The notes below the pieces were generated by a model that was not told the DNA's origin, ran no database searches, and saw only the letters and a program-made list of their open reading frames with translations. The translations under genes and the position numbers were made by a program. From assembly GCA_049678285.1 (NCBI GenBank), contig JBAUDW010000018.1, forward strand, positions 1 to 54,429: 54,429 nucleotides of DNA. The letters run 5' to 3'. The stretch is from Phycisphaerae bacterium (lineage in GTDB: Bacteria; Planctomycetota; Phycisphaerae; FEN-1346). This document shows, piece after piece, positions 54,121 to 54,429 of the stretch. Each line of letters begins with the position of its first letter. The first letter of the stretch is position 1.

Positions 54121-54429
54121 CCGCCCGACTTGTCCGCCCAAGTCCCGGCCCCAACCCCAACGGGGCAGGCGGGGCAAGCGCGCCGGGATTCCCTCCGCCG
54201 GCTCGGCTCATGCCGGGGTGCACCACAAAAAAGTGGCAAAGTCCACGGGGGGTGCGGCTGCAGATCATGGCCGTGGCTCTTCAGGCCCATTCATGGGCCT
54301 TTGCCCCGCGTTAGCGGGGTGTAGCCCCGCCATTTTACAGGATTTTGCATCTTGCGTGTAATGTCCTTCGCTATCGTCAGTTAGATTGGACGGGTGGCAT
54401 GGCCACGCTGTTTTGCGTGGCCATGCATG

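Noticed and set aside
54397-54426. 12-bp-stem hairpin GCATGGCCACGC-TGTTTT-GCGTGGCCATGC at the right window edge
   Set aside because: It is real in the sequence, but without the neighbouring gene it cannot be interpreted. It is most simply a terminator of a gene beyond the window.
1-54429. CRISPR arrays, rRNA, retron/DGR reverse transcriptases, and transposase/IS elements
   Set aside because: I looked for regularly spaced short repeats, RT motifs (YxDD) and DDE/IS-type ORFs in both strands and found none. The only tandem repeats are the 11-bp iterons, the short motifs noted above and the in-gene AGQ repeats.

Overview
High-GC bacterial chromosome segment whose gene content looks PVC/Planctomycetota-like (an inference only). 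It has three parts. (1) 1-4.5 kb, core: two tandem alkaline-phosphatase-superfamily genes and an archaemetzincin-type metallopeptidase with a signal-like N-terminus. (2) 4.5-34.5 kb: a ~29.9 kb integrative island in the 3' end of tRNA-Leu(CAG), bounded by a 17-bp perfect direct repeat (23/25 over the extended match). Every called island gene is on the minus strand. The backbone is a tyrosine integrase, an Xis/AlpA-like HTH, a Toprim-HTH protein and a serine recombinase. The cargo is defence-type: a Mom-like GNAT, a lower-GC patch of unknown proteins, a membrane-anchored SNase plus a glycine-zipper peptide, a 21-codon DNA-methyltransferase stub, a DUF45-like metalloprotease, and AbiEi/AbiEii in which AbiEii carries a WYL-like plus Zn-ribbon tail. 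The cargo also includes a Type I R-M operon whose hsdM/hsdS/hsdR genes are interleaved with four unknown ORFs (one HEPN/DUF4145-like) and followed by a 2-TM protein. This interleaved operon is my best candidate for an undescribed composite defence system. (3) 34.5-54.4 kb, core: arsC, tRNA-Cys, a PEP-CTERM trypsin-like protease, a MoxR/DUF58/BatA-like/VWA/DUF4175-like/prenyltransferase-repeat operon, tRNA-Leu(UAA), and a Gfo/Idh/MocA plus PmoA-like pair. The 14.7 kb Bat-like operon is bracketed by a direct repeat made of the protease 3' end plus the tRNA-Leu(UAA) 5' half. The left tRNA copy is cut just after the anticodon loop, and the right protease copy is a 3' stub. No CRISPR array or rRNA was seen. 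All calls come from reading the sequence and ORF track by eye, with no searches run.
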